Position numbers and translations under genes: made by a program. 64,000 nt of DNA from Candidatus Dojkabacteria bacterium HGW-Dojkabacteria-1 (GTDB lineage Bacteria > Patescibacteriota > Dojkabacteria > SC72): positions 85,101 to 149,100 of the forward strand of contig PHAO01000001.1 in NCBI GenBank assembly GCA_002840365.1. The letters run 5' to 3'. Below are positions 11,093 through 20,415 of this stretch, one piece after another (within the stretch, counting starts at the first letter, position 1; the number at the start of each line of letters is the position of its first letter). The notes beneath the pieces were generated by a model, which saw nothing but the letters and a program-made list of their open reading frames with translations, had not been told where the DNA came from and did no database searches.

Positions 11093-11554
11093 TTAGATTG
11101 TTGAAACAATTTTAACCCAATTCTCCTTTAGCCATTTCTTAGAATCTTTGTATACGGGTAGTAGTTCTCTTTTCTCAAACTCTTTCTTTATGACATTACC
11201 TCTATGAGGATGTTTGTATATTTTATCAAGTGGAGAGTTAAAACCATGTGTATAGTGGCAGAGCTCATGAACAATTGTAGATTTTATAACATATTCGGGA
11301 ATAAAATCCTGTGAGAAATACTTTGTTAAAGTTATCAATGAAACAGTGTAATCTTCTAATTCCTGTTTCTGTATCTCCAACCTCTTTAGGTATCTGTTAA
11401 ATGTTCTTTCATCCTTTATCATCTTTATACTCCCTAACTGTCTCTTAGAGTATTTACCGTATTTAATAGCTACTATGTTAAGTCTAGGTACATCGCAAAA
11501 GTAATTTTCCCAAATGTCGTATAGTAAATTTTCTAAATATTTGTTGTCTCTCAT
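11093..11554 (-). CDS. SprT-like zinc metalloprotease
   Basis: IVHELCHYTHG HExxH motif plus downstream PH.G. Confidence 0.75.
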   Translation of the reverse strand: MRDNKYLENLLYDIWENYFCDVPRLNIVAIKYGKYSKRQLGSIKMIKDERTFNRYLKRLEIQKQELEDYTVSLITLTKYFSQDFIPEYVIKSTIVHELCHYTHGFNSPLDKIYKHPHRGNVIKKEFEKRELLPVYKDSKKWLKENWVKIVSTI

Positions 11555-11570
11555 GTTATTATATTCCTAG

Positions 11571-13379
11571 ATGAAATCCATTATACAAGAAAAGATAAAA
11601 ACACTCTGGCATGTTGTAATATTTTTCTATGGAAGATACACAAAAGAGGTAGTATTAAGAGATTTGATTTTTGTTGGTGTAATTGTTGCAGAAATGATAG
11701 GAATTACAATCGCTGGTAAATTCTTAGATGCAACACTAGAAGTAATAAGGGCTTCTACAGGAGAATTTGATATTCAAGAGTATCTAGCAACAGACTCTTT
11801 CTACTTCCTTGCTATATCACTTTTACTTCTAATTGTTGTCATAGTAGGGAGAAATATTAGAGCTAATATTGCAGCCAATGTTGCTGACAAGGTTTGGAAA
11901 GATACGAGTCTTGAGGTTATGGGTAAGATTTCAAATACGAACTTACAAGATGTAGAGAAACCTAAGTTACAAAATCTAATAGACTTTATTCCTAACTACT
12001 CAATTACCAATATGCTTCTTTCATATGAGGCATTTTCTGCAATTGTATATCAAGTAGCAAGAGGAACTACCGCCTTTATTATCCTTTCTTCCCACTTAGG
12101 TTGGACCTCATTAATATTAATTCTCTTTGTTCTACCAGAGGTATTAATGTCTCATTTTAATAGGAAGAGAATACAGCTTTACGATGATAATCAAATGAGT
12201 AGATTGAAATTAACAAGCTATATCTATTTCACATTAGGAATGGATATTAGAAACTTCATGGAACTTAGAGTTGATAACACATATGATTTCCTTAAGAAAA
12301 GGTATCAAAAGGAAAGAGAGGAATATCTTGGAGGTCTTTTTGAAAGAAGAAAACACTTCACTATCGATAATACTTTCGGTTCTGTTTCAGGCCAGCTTTT
12401 TAAATATGTCTATGTAATATATTTAGTTGCTCATGTAATAATAAACAAGATAACCATTGGTACATTTAGTGCTCTTTTTAACTATGTTGAAGTAGTATAT
12501 TCAAGTGCACTTACAGCGCTTAACACATTTTCACTGCTTGATACTCATTTAGCATATGCATCTAAGTATTTTGAGTTTGTACATTACCAAGGTTTTGGAG
12601 ATGAAAAACAGGGTTTCGCAAAGTTAGGCAAAAAGGTACCTTCTTTAGCATTTAATAATTTAGATTTTGCATATCCTGATCAACCAGAAAGAAAAGTATT
12701 GGAGAATATTAATTTAGTTATTAAACCAGGTGAAAAGGTAGCATTCTTTGGAGGAGATGGTTCAGGAAAAAGTAGTTTGATAAAGATATTAACAGGGTTG
12801 TATGAAGTAACATCAGGAGACTATCAAATAGGAGAGTATTCAATTAGGGAATTAGCAAGAGGAGAGTTAAAGAGAAAAATGTCTGTTACTTTCCAAAACT
12901 ATGTTAACTACAACTTCAGTATTAGGGAAAATATAACTCTAACAAGTGAGAAGAAAAATATTGATATGGACCTATACAAGAAAGTAATCAAAATATGTGA
13001 GATTGATAGATTCATGAAGAAAGAGAATATTACAGACAAGCTAATACTTGGAAAATATCTAGACGGCAAAGAACTCTCTCCTGGATATTGGCAAAGATTA
13101 GCAATTGCAAGAATGCTTTACAGAAATAGGGACATATTTATAATGGATGAACCTTTCGCTTTTATAGATGCACCTTCTAGAGACTTTATCTTAAGAAATA
13201 TAATTGATTTTGTTGGGCCAAAAAGAACTTTAATACTCATAACAAGGGATACTGATATGCTAGATGAATTTGACAGAATATACATGTTTGATGATGGACA
13301 TATTGTAGAAGCAGGTAATTGGAGAGAGTTGATAAAGAGGAAGGGTAAGTTTTACAAAGAGGTAAAATTTAATCAGTAG
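11571..13379 (+). CDS. ABC exporter, fused permease/ATP-binding
   Basis: N-terminal TMD; Walker A GGDGSGKS, signature LSPGYWQR, Walker B FIMDEP. Confidence 0.9.
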   Translation: MKSIIQEKIKTLWHVVIFFYGRYTKEVVLRDLIFVGVIVAEMIGITIAGKFLDATLEVIRASTGEFDIQEYLATDSFYFLAISLLLLIVVIVGRNIRANIAANVADKVWKDTSLEVMGKISNTNLQDVEKPKLQNLIDFIPNYSITNMLLSYEAFSAIVYQVARGTTAFIILSSHLGWTSLILILFVLPEVLMSHFNRKRIQLYDDNQMSRLKLTSYIYFTLGMDIRNFMELRVDNTYDFLKKRYQKEREEYLGGLFERRKHFTIDNTFGSVSGQLFKYVYVIYLVAHVIINKITIGTFSALFNYVEVVYSSALTALNTFSLLDTHLAYASKYFEFVHYQGFGDEKQGFAKLGKKVPSLAFNNLDFAYPDQPERKVLENINLVIKPGEKVAFFGGDGSGKSSLIKILTGLYEVTSGDYQIGEYSIRELARGELKRKMSVTFQNYVNYNFSIRENITLTSEKKNIDMDLYKKVIKICEIDRFMKKENITDKLILGKYLDGKELSPGYWQRLAIARMLYRNRDIFIMDEPFAFIDAPSRDFILRNIIDFVGPKRTLILITRDTDMLDEFDRIYMFDDGHIVEAGNWRELIKRKGKFYKEVKFNQ

Positions 13380-13445
13380 TATTTAGCAAATATCTATAAT
13401 ATCCTGTAAAATATCCATCAAGAAATAATTGTTAATGTAAAGAGC

Positions 13446-14303
13446 ATGATTCTACTCGATGGTAAAGCTGTATCCCAAAAGATATTAAAAAGTCTTAAGT
13501 CCCAAATAGATGGATATATAGATATTGGCTCTAGGGTTCCTAGGTTGGATATAATAATCGTAGGAGATGACTATGCTAGTAAGAAATATGTAAGTATGAA
13601 AGAGAAGAGAGCTTTAGAGTTAGGAATTAAAGCAGTAATACATGAGTTTGATTCTAAGGTTGATGAAGAAGAGATTGTTGAATTAATAGAGAAATTAAAT
13701 AGTGATAGTAGGGTTGATGGTTTAATGGTTCAATTACCACTTCCAAAAGGTTTCAATACTCAAAGGATATTAGAAAAAATATCTCCTCAAAAAGATGTAG
13801 ATGGTCTTACTTCTTCTAACTTGGGTAAACTTTTTAAAAATGAAGAAGGTGCAATTGCTCCTGCAACTGCTAAGGGAGTATTAAAACTTTTAGAAGAATA
13901 TGAGATAGAAATTGATGGTGTAAATGCTGTTGTTGTTGGTAGGAGTGAAATCGTAGGACTACCTACTGCCGCAATGCTACAAAACAGTAATGCTACAGTA
14001 ACAATATGTCACTCACACACTAAGAATCTAAAAGATATTACTAAAAATGCAGATATACTTGTTGTAGGAATAGGCAGGGCTGAATATATAGATAAATCAT
14101 ATATAAAAGAAGATGCAGTAGTAGTTGATATTGGTACAAATCTCAATCAAGAGGGGAAATTAGTAGGTGATGTGAAGTTTGGTAGTGTAAAGAAAGTCGC
14201 TGGATATATTACTCCAGTACCTGGTGGTATTGGCCCTATGACAATTGCATCCCTTCTTCTTAATTTGTTTGAGATATATGAAAAGAATGTCAAAAAATAC
14301 TAA
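13446..14303 (+). CDS. folD: Methylenetetrahydrofolate dehydrogenase/cyclohydrolase
   Basis: VQLPLP, KDVDG, VGRS.IVG.P, TPVPGGIGPMT motifs. Confidence 0.97.
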   Translation: MILLDGKAVSQKILKSLKSQIDGYIDIGSRVPRLDIIIVGDDYASKKYVSMKEKRALELGIKAVIHEFDSKVDEEEIVELIEKLNSDSRVDGLMVQLPLPKGFNTQRILEKISPQKDVDGLTSSNLGKLFKNEEGAIAPATAKGVLKLLEEYEIEIDGVNAVVVGRSEIVGLPTAAMLQNSNATVTICHSHTKNLKDITKNADILVVGIGRAEYIDKSYIKEDAVVVDIGTNLNQEGKLVGDVKFGSVKKVAGYITPVPGGIGPMTIASLLLNLFEIYEKNVKKY

Positions 14304-15516
14304 GGACAAAATATTCGAATATATTAATGAAGAATCGAAAAGGCAGATTGAGGGGATAGAATTAATAGCTTCTGAAAACTATGTTAGTGAAGATGTCCTT
14401 AAAGCAATGGGAAGCATTCTTACCAACAAGTATTCTGAAGGATACCCTGATAAAAGATATTACGGTGGTAATGAATACATTGATATGGTTGAAAAGGAGT
14501 GTATTAAAAGGGCAAAAGATCTCTTTAAAGCAGAGCATGTAAATGTTCAACCATATTCTGGTTCTCCTGCGAATCTTGCTGTTCACTTAGCTTTTCTACA
14601 ACCAGGAGATAGGACAATGGGAATGGATTTAGCTGCTGGTGGCCATCTAACACATGGGTTTAAGGTCTCTATCAGTGGAAAGTATTACAACTCAGTAAGC
14701 TATGGAGTAAATGATCAAGGATATATTGATTATGATGAAGTAAGAAAGTTGGCTAATGAACATAAGCCAAAATTAATTTGGAGTGGTTTCTCTGCATATT
14801 CTAGAATAGTTGACTGGAATGAGTTTAGAAAGATATCTGATGAAGTAGGAGCCATATTTGTTGCAGACATTGCACATGTTGCAGGTTTAATAGCTGCTAA
14901 TGAATACCCGTCTCCTATTGGTATTGCAGATGTAGTTACAACTACAACGCACAAAACGCTAAGAGGGCCTCGAGGAGCTATGATTCTTTGCAAAGAAGAA
15001 TATGGTGAGGTAATAGACAAAGCAGTATTCCCTGGCCTTCAGGGAGGTCCACATAACCACACTACAGCTGGTATTGCTATTGCACTCAAAGAGGCAATGA
15101 GCCCAAAGTTTAAAGAATATTCTAAGCAAGTAATACTGAACTCTCAAACCTTGGCTAATGAACTTATGAAGAAAGGTTTTAAGATAGTATCTGGTGGTAC
15201 AGACAATCATCTTTTCCTTATGGACACAGTCAGTAGTGTTAATCTCAGTGGTAAAGAGGCATCAGATATCTTAGAAGATGTGAATATTACTGTAAACAAA
15301 AACGCTATACCAAATGATCCTCGAAAACCATGGGATCCTTCAGGTATTAGAATTGGTACTCCTGCAATAACAACAAGAGGATTTAAAGAAAAAGACATGT
15401 TGTTTGTCGCAGAGATAATATCTATGGCACTTAAGAAAGAGAGTGATTTAAAAACTTTAAAATCTAAGGTAAAAGATTACACGAAAGATTTCCCTATCCC
15501 AGGGATAACAACATAA
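14287..15516 (+). CDS. glyA: Serine hydroxymethyltransferase (start re-called at ATG 14287)
   Basis: LIASEN, NKYSEGYP, TTTTHKTLRGPRG PLP motif, GGPHNH. Confidence 0.98.
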   Translation: MSKNTKDKIFEYINEESKRQIEGIELIASENYVSEDVLKAMGSILTNKYSEGYPDKRYYGGNEYIDMVEKECIKRAKDLFKAEHVNVQPYSGSPANLAVHLAFLQPGDRTMGMDLAAGGHLTHGFKVSISGKYYNSVSYGVNDQGYIDYDEVRKLANEHKPKLIWSGFSAYSRIVDWNEFRKISDEVGAIFVADIAHVAGLIAANEYPSPIGIADVVTTTTHKTLRGPRGAMILCKEEYGEVIDKAVFPGLQGGPHNHTTAGIAIALKEAMSPKFKEYSKQVILNSQTLANELMKKGFKIVSGGTDNHLFLMDTVSSVNLSGKEASDILEDVNITVNKNAIPNDPRKPWDPSGIRIGTPAITTRGFKEKDMLFVAEIISMALKKESDLKTLKSKVKDYTKDFPIPGITT

Positions 15517-15533
15517 ATTAATGTCTTAACTAC

Positions 15534-17129
15534 ATGAAGGGAACCTTTAGAAAAGATTTACAGATAGCATCTGTAAGATCAGAATCAGTATGGAACAAAT
15601 TCAAAGTTCATACACTTTTACAAAACCCCTCACAAAAACAACCCTCTATTAATGCATACTTAGGAGCTAGGTATAGTAGATCTTCAGACTCAATTGTAGA
15701 CATTGCAAAAGAAATTATTGAAAACAACACAGATGCAGCGGATAGATTAGAAAAAATATTTCATGGATATGGTCATAAGTCTGTAGGGGATATGGCAGAT
15801 CTTTTTGTCTGTATTGAGAATATCCCTATGTTTACTGCAATGAAAATCTTCTATCTCAACTCTGTAATCTCTGGTCAAGAGAGATCTACAAGGTATCAGA
15901 ATTTCGAAAGTCCAGAGTTTGTAAAAATTCCTAAAGACCTATGTAAAGACACTGAGATAAGAAAGGAATATGACAGGATAATGCTTAAACAGATGGCAGA
16001 TTATAGAAATCTTTTAAAAAAGACGAAATTAGTTTTAAAAGAAAATTTTAAAATAAATGAAGAGAATCAATCAGAAGTATCTGCATGGAAATCAAGAAGC
16101 TTTGATGTAGCAAGGTACTTACTACCGTATGGATTACAAACTAGTCTTGCAGCTGTAATGTCTGCAAGAAATTGGTCAGAATTAATAGCCTACTTTAATG
16201 CAAATGATAGTGTTGTAGATAATGAAGTTGCTAATCTCCTTATGAATCTTCTGGGAGAATCTAATGTAGAGATTAGAGGATATGTAAGAGAAGCAGATGG
16301 GTTGATAAGGCACACAGATGCAAATTGTTGTAGAAGAAATTCAACTAAATCAATATTACAATATCTTGAAAGTAAAATTTCACAACAGAAAAGATACGAA
16401 AGTAATGGGTGTGAGATTGATTCATGTAAGATTACTTACAATACGAACCCCATAGAAGCAATGGTAACTCACTACGAGCTTTTACTTAATCCTTTGGGCA
16501 GTAAGGATGAATTAGAGTTTGATGAACAGGATGAGATAGCATTAGGAGAAAAGATATTTGAAAATCATGACCATCATAACTTACTAGGTAATATTGGTCA
16601 AAGCGGAGCTATAAAGATAGAGGGTATGGCTACTTTGGGAACATTAAAAGATTTAAACAGGCACAGAAGTTTAGAAAGATACATGCCAATATTTCATGAT
16701 AATATGAATATTGACAATGAGCTAGAAAGAGACGATAAAGAGTGTTTCTTCCTTTGTAACTATTTAGAACTAAAAGGTTTTGAGAAACTTAGAAAAGAAT
16801 ATGAAGAAGCCTTAAGTGAAACATACAAGATGATAAAGAACTGGAGAAGAGTCTCTAAGCAATTTATGTCCGAAGAAGTATCCTCTGAATACACAAAATA
16901 TCTACTACCACATGCTCATAGTACAAAATACTGTTTCTATGGCTCCTTCGATGATTTACAATATACAATCAATTTAAGAGTAAGAAGAGGTGGGCATATT
17001 GCATATAGAGTTTTAGTCTATAAATGGTTAGAATTACTTAGAGAGCTAGATCCAATCTGGAAACCATTACTAAATAATTCTGAGAAACCAGATGCTAAAT
17101 CAAAATCACAGTTTGTTGATAGAAGTTAA
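15534..17129 (+). CDS. thyX: FAD-dependent thymidylate synthase, tandem-domain form
   Basis: GHKSVGD, QERSTRY and DVARYLLP in the first half; DLNRHRS and YLLP in the second; lies between glyA and dcd. Confidence 0.85.
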   Translation: MKGTFRKDLQIASVRSESVWNKFKVHTLLQNPSQKQPSINAYLGARYSRSSDSIVDIAKEIIENNTDAADRLEKIFHGYGHKSVGDMADLFVCIENIPMFTAMKIFYLNSVISGQERSTRYQNFESPEFVKIPKDLCKDTEIRKEYDRIMLKQMADYRNLLKKTKLVLKENFKINEENQSEVSAWKSRSFDVARYLLPYGLQTSLAAVMSARNWSELIAYFNANDSVVDNEVANLLMNLLGESNVEIRGYVREADGLIRHTDANCCRRNSTKSILQYLESKISQQKRYESNGCEIDSCKITYNTNPIEAMVTHYELLLNPLGSKDELEFDEQDEIALGEKIFENHDHHNLLGNIGQSGAIKIEGMATLGTLKDLNRHRSLERYMPIFHDNMNIDNELERDDKECFFLCNYLELKGFEKLRKEYEEALSETYKMIKNWRRVSKQFMSEEVSSEYTKYLLPHAHSTKYCFYGSFDDLQYTINLRVRRGGHIAYRVLVYKWLELLRELDPIWKPLLNNSEKPDAKSKSQFVDRS

Positions 17130-17146
17130 TATATAAGAATAAAGAA

Positions 17147-17707
17147 ATGATACTCTCAGATAGAACTTTAAAAGCAAAAATACAAAGTGGGGAGATTAGT
17201 ATAGAACCCTTCTCTGACGAATTTGTACAACCAGCATCATATGATCTGCACTTGGATAAAAACATACTGGTGTTTGATACCGAAAAACATAAATTAATTG
17301 ATGTTAAGAAACCAGTAGAAGACCTTATGAAAAAAATAGAGATAAATGATATATCTGGATATACACTTGAACCAGGGGAATTTGTATTAGCAAATGTCAA
17401 AGAAGTTACAGGAGTTGATAACAAGCATGTAGGTAGATTAGAGGGAAAGAGTTCTTTAGCTAGAATGGGATTAATAATACATGCTACTGCAGGATTTCTT
17501 GACCCAGGTAATAAATTAAGATTAACATTAGAAATAGCGAATCTCTCTCCACTGCCTATCCGTATATATGAAAATATGAAGATAGCACAAATAGCATTTG
17601 AACAATTGGATAGAGATTGTGAAAGACCATATGGTAGTTCGGGCTTAAATAGTAAGTACAAGGGTGACATGACTGTTCAAGCAAGTAAGATGTGGAAGAA
17701 TTTCTAA
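17147..17707 (+). CDS. dcd: dCTP deaminase
   Basis: MILSD, QPASYDL, EGKSSLARMGL, AGFLDPG, TLEI motifs. Confidence 0.95.
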   Translation: MILSDRTLKAKIQSGEISIEPFSDEFVQPASYDLHLDKNILVFDTEKHKLIDVKKPVEDLMKKIEINDISGYTLEPGEFVLANVKEVTGVDNKHVGRLEGKSSLARMGLIIHATAGFLDPGNKLRLTLEIANLSPLPIRIYENMKIAQIAFEQLDRDCERPYGSSGLNSKYKGDMTVQASKMWKNF

Positions 17708-17718
17708 ATTAAGTATAT

Positions 17719-19014
17719 TTGAAGATGTTTGAAGAAATAAGGAAAGAGTTTCCAATAATTAGAGGTTCAAGATTTGGTAAAAAACTTGTATATCTTGATA
17801 GTGCTGCTACTACGCAAAAACCTGAGTTTGTAATAGATAGATTGAAGAAATATTACGAAACAGAGAATGCCAATATTCATAGAGGCCCATATGACCTTTC
17901 TTTGGAGGGTACAAAGCTTTGGGAATGGGCTCATGAAAAAGTAGCATCCTTTATCAATGCAGACTCATACAAAGAGATAATCTTTGTAAGAAATACCACA
18001 GAAGGTCTTAATCTTTTAGTAAATACAGTAGGAAGAAAGCTTCTTACAAAGGATGATATTGTAGTGGTTAGTGAAATGGAACATCACAGTAATATTGTTT
18101 CTTGGATGATATTACAGAAGGAAATACCATTTAAAATTGAATATATACCTATAAAAGAAGAGTATTCTTTGGATATAGATTGGTTCAAGAAATTAATAGA
18201 GAAAGAGGGAGAAAATATTAAGATTGTATCTTTGGTACATATATCAAATGTATTAGGGGTTAAAAATGATGTAGAGGAGATATTTAAAATAGCAAAGAAG
18301 AATAACTCCTTTACTATGCTTGATGCAGCTCAAAGTATTGTTCATTGTAAAGTAGATGTAAAAGAGATTGGGTGTGATGCACTTACATTCTCTGGTCATA
18401 AAGCATATGCACCTACAGGTACTGGAGCGGTATATTGTAAACAAAAATATTTAGAAGAACTAACTCCTTGGATGGGTGGAGGTGAGATGATTTCTTCTGT
18501 GTCTTTCAAAGATTTCGAATACAATGAACTACCTTGGAAATTCGAAGCAGGTACTCCTGATATTGGTGGTGGTATTGTTTTGGGATACGCGATAGAGTGG
18601 TTTGAAAAAGCATTGGAAAGTGTTGGAGGATGGGAGAGTTTAATAAAGCATGAGCAAGATTTAACGGAATTTTTCTTCAAACAGTTTGATGGAATAGGGT
18701 GGTTTAAACCTTTTGGTCCAAGAGATTCCTCTAGAAAATATGGTGCTATAGCTTTCCACATAGAAGGTTTTACATTTAGAGGATGTAAGAATATCTTCAA
18801 TATAGAAACCAATAGAGATGGATCAGGTATTAGTAATTTCCTAAATGAAAAGGGTATTGCCTTTAGAGAGGGCTATCACTGTGCAGAGCCTTTACATGAC
18901 AAATTGTGTGTAGGACCAAGTTTAAGATTTAGTCTTGCAATATATACCAACGAAGAGGATTTGAAGTATGCTGCTAATATGCTAAAGCAAGCAGTATTAC
19001 AAGGATTAAACTAG
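17719..19014 (+). CDS. sufS: SufS-type cysteine desulfurase
   Basis: YLDSAATTQKP, MEHHSN, SGHK PLP lysine, FEAGTP, REGYHCAEPL catalytic Cys. Confidence 0.9.
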   Translation: MKMFEEIRKEFPIIRGSRFGKKLVYLDSAATTQKPEFVIDRLKKYYETENANIHRGPYDLSLEGTKLWEWAHEKVASFINADSYKEIIFVRNTTEGLNLLVNTVGRKLLTKDDIVVVSEMEHHSNIVSWMILQKEIPFKIEYIPIKEEYSLDIDWFKKLIEKEGENIKIVSLVHISNVLGVKNDVEEIFKIAKKNNSFTMLDAAQSIVHCKVDVKEIGCDALTFSGHKAYAPTGTGAVYCKQKYLEELTPWMGGGEMISSVSFKDFEYNELPWKFEAGTPDIGGGIVLGYAIEWFEKALESVGGWESLIKHEQDLTEFFFKQFDGIGWFKPFGPRDSSRKYGAIAFHIEGFTFRGCKNIFNIETNRDGSGISNFLNEKGIAFREGYHCAEPLHDKLCVGPSLRFSLAIYTNEEDLKYAANMLKQAVLQGLN

Positions 19015-19039
19015 CTTCTTTTATGTGATATATTGAGAT

Positions 19040-20194
19040 ATGGATTTAACAAATGCCCCAAAAAATATTCCTTCTGATGATGTTGCTCAAAAAAGTATTC
19101 TAGCTGAAGTAGTAGAACTTCAAAACAAGCTAAGCAATTCAAATGCTCCTATTGAGTTAAAGGAAGATGCAATGAGAACTATAGAGAGGTTGGAAAGGAT
19201 GGCTAAGTGGGGTAACTACAGTTCTGAGTTTGAAAGTGTAGATAAGTATGTAGATTGGATTACAAGAATTCCTTGGGGTGCTCTCTCTGAGGACAATTTG
19301 GATATTAACAATGCAAAACAGTTAATGGATTCTACCCACTATGGTATGGATACCATTAAGAACCTTATCCTAGACTACCTTGCTGTAATGCAGTTGCAGA
19401 AAATGACAGGAAGAAACTCTTCAAATATAGAAAGTAACATGGCTAATCTTAGAGGTTCTTCTGCTAATGCTCCTGTGCTTCTTTTTCTTGGATTACAAGG
19501 TGTAGGTAAAACCTCTATTGCAAAATCCATTGCACAATCAATGGGTAGAAAGTTTGCAAGAGTATCTTTAGGTGCGATAGGGGATGTAAGAACCTTAAGA
19601 GGCACTCCGAGACATGAGATAGATGCAGAGCCAGGGCAAATAGTTAAGGCATTAATTAGGACTCAAAGTATGAATCCTGTTATCCTTATCGATGAAATCG
19701 AAAAAGCTAGTGGTAATGCAGGTTTACTTAATGACGTTATGGCAGCACTACTTGAAATTTTGGATCCAGAACAGAATGCTACTTTTGTTGATCACTATGT
19801 TGATCATCCTGTAGATCTTTCTCAGGTATTCTTCATTTGTACAGCTAATAATCTGGGAGGGTTATCTGCTGCTTTACTCGATAGGGTTGAGATAATTAGG
19901 TTTACAAGCTATTCAGATGAAGAAAAAGAGGTAATAGCTAAGCAGTATATTCTTCCGAAGGTGTTAAAGAATATGGGTTTAACTCAAGAGCATATACAGA
20001 TACAAGATAGTGTATGGCCATTACTTATTCGTCCAGTAGGTTTTGATGCCGGTATTAGGCAGCTAGAGAGAAATATTGCAACTTTAACTAGGAGCGCAGC
20101 AAGGCAAATAGTTGGAGGTCACCCTACACCAATATCGATTACACCCGAGAATGTAAAAGAATATGTACTTCCTGACCAAGGACCATTGAGTTAA
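19040..20194 (+). CDS. Lon-like AAA+ ATPase lacking the protease and N-terminal domains
   Basis: HYGM, GLQGVGKTS, NPVILIDEIEK, LLEILDPEQN..F.DHY; ends right after the AAA+ lid. Confidence 0.88.
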   Translation: MDLTNAPKNIPSDDVAQKSILAEVVELQNKLSNSNAPIELKEDAMRTIERLERMAKWGNYSSEFESVDKYVDWITRIPWGALSEDNLDINNAKQLMDSTHYGMDTIKNLILDYLAVMQLQKMTGRNSSNIESNMANLRGSSANAPVLLFLGLQGVGKTSIAKSIAQSMGRKFARVSLGAIGDVRTLRGTPRHEIDAEPGQIVKALIRTQSMNPVILIDEIEKASGNAGLLNDVMAALLEILDPEQNATFVDHYVDHPVDLSQVFFICTANNLGGLSAALLDRVEIIRFTSYSDEEKEVIAKQYILPKVLKNMGLTQEHIQIQDSVWPLLIRPVGFDAGIRQLERNIATLTRSAARQIVGGHPTPISITPENVKEYVLPDQGPLS

Positions 20195-20415
20195 TATCCC
20201 TTAAATGGGTTTGTTAATTGAAGAGCTTTCATTACTCTTGAGAGATTAGGATTTCGTACTCCTCTAGATAGGTCTGTTCTAAGCTTGGTCTTGGTTTCTT
20301 GTTTTTCAAGAAGTTTCAAATCATTACCAAGCTTCTCTTGAGGAATCTGTTTAATATCAACAGCCTCAGTTACAAGATATTTTCTTATTTCATTGTTGTT
20401 ATTGGTTGTCGTCAT
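20191..20415 (-). CDS. Small hypothetical protein downstream of virB4
   Basis: 74-aa ORF overlapping the virB4 stop, same strand. Confidence 0.5.
   Translation of the reverse strand: MTTTNNNNEIRKYLVTEAVDIKQIPQEKLGNDLKLLEKQETKTKLRTDLSRGVRNPNLSRVMKALQLTNPFKGY

Noticed and set aside
10901-11104. 67-aa alternative-frame ORF over the GIY-YIG gene
   Set aside because: No motif support; the overlapping frame has a coherent GIY-YIG pattern
9832-11554. Prophage remnant, or SprT-like protease as part of the LexA cassette
   Set aside because: No phage structural, replication or integrase genes; the SprT-like gene is convergent and shares its promoter region with the ABC gene, so linkage is unsupported
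13383-13412. TTAGCAAAT half-site upstream of folD as a third CIRCE
   Set aside because: No matching right arm at 9-nt spacing; better explained as the promoter region before TAAAAT
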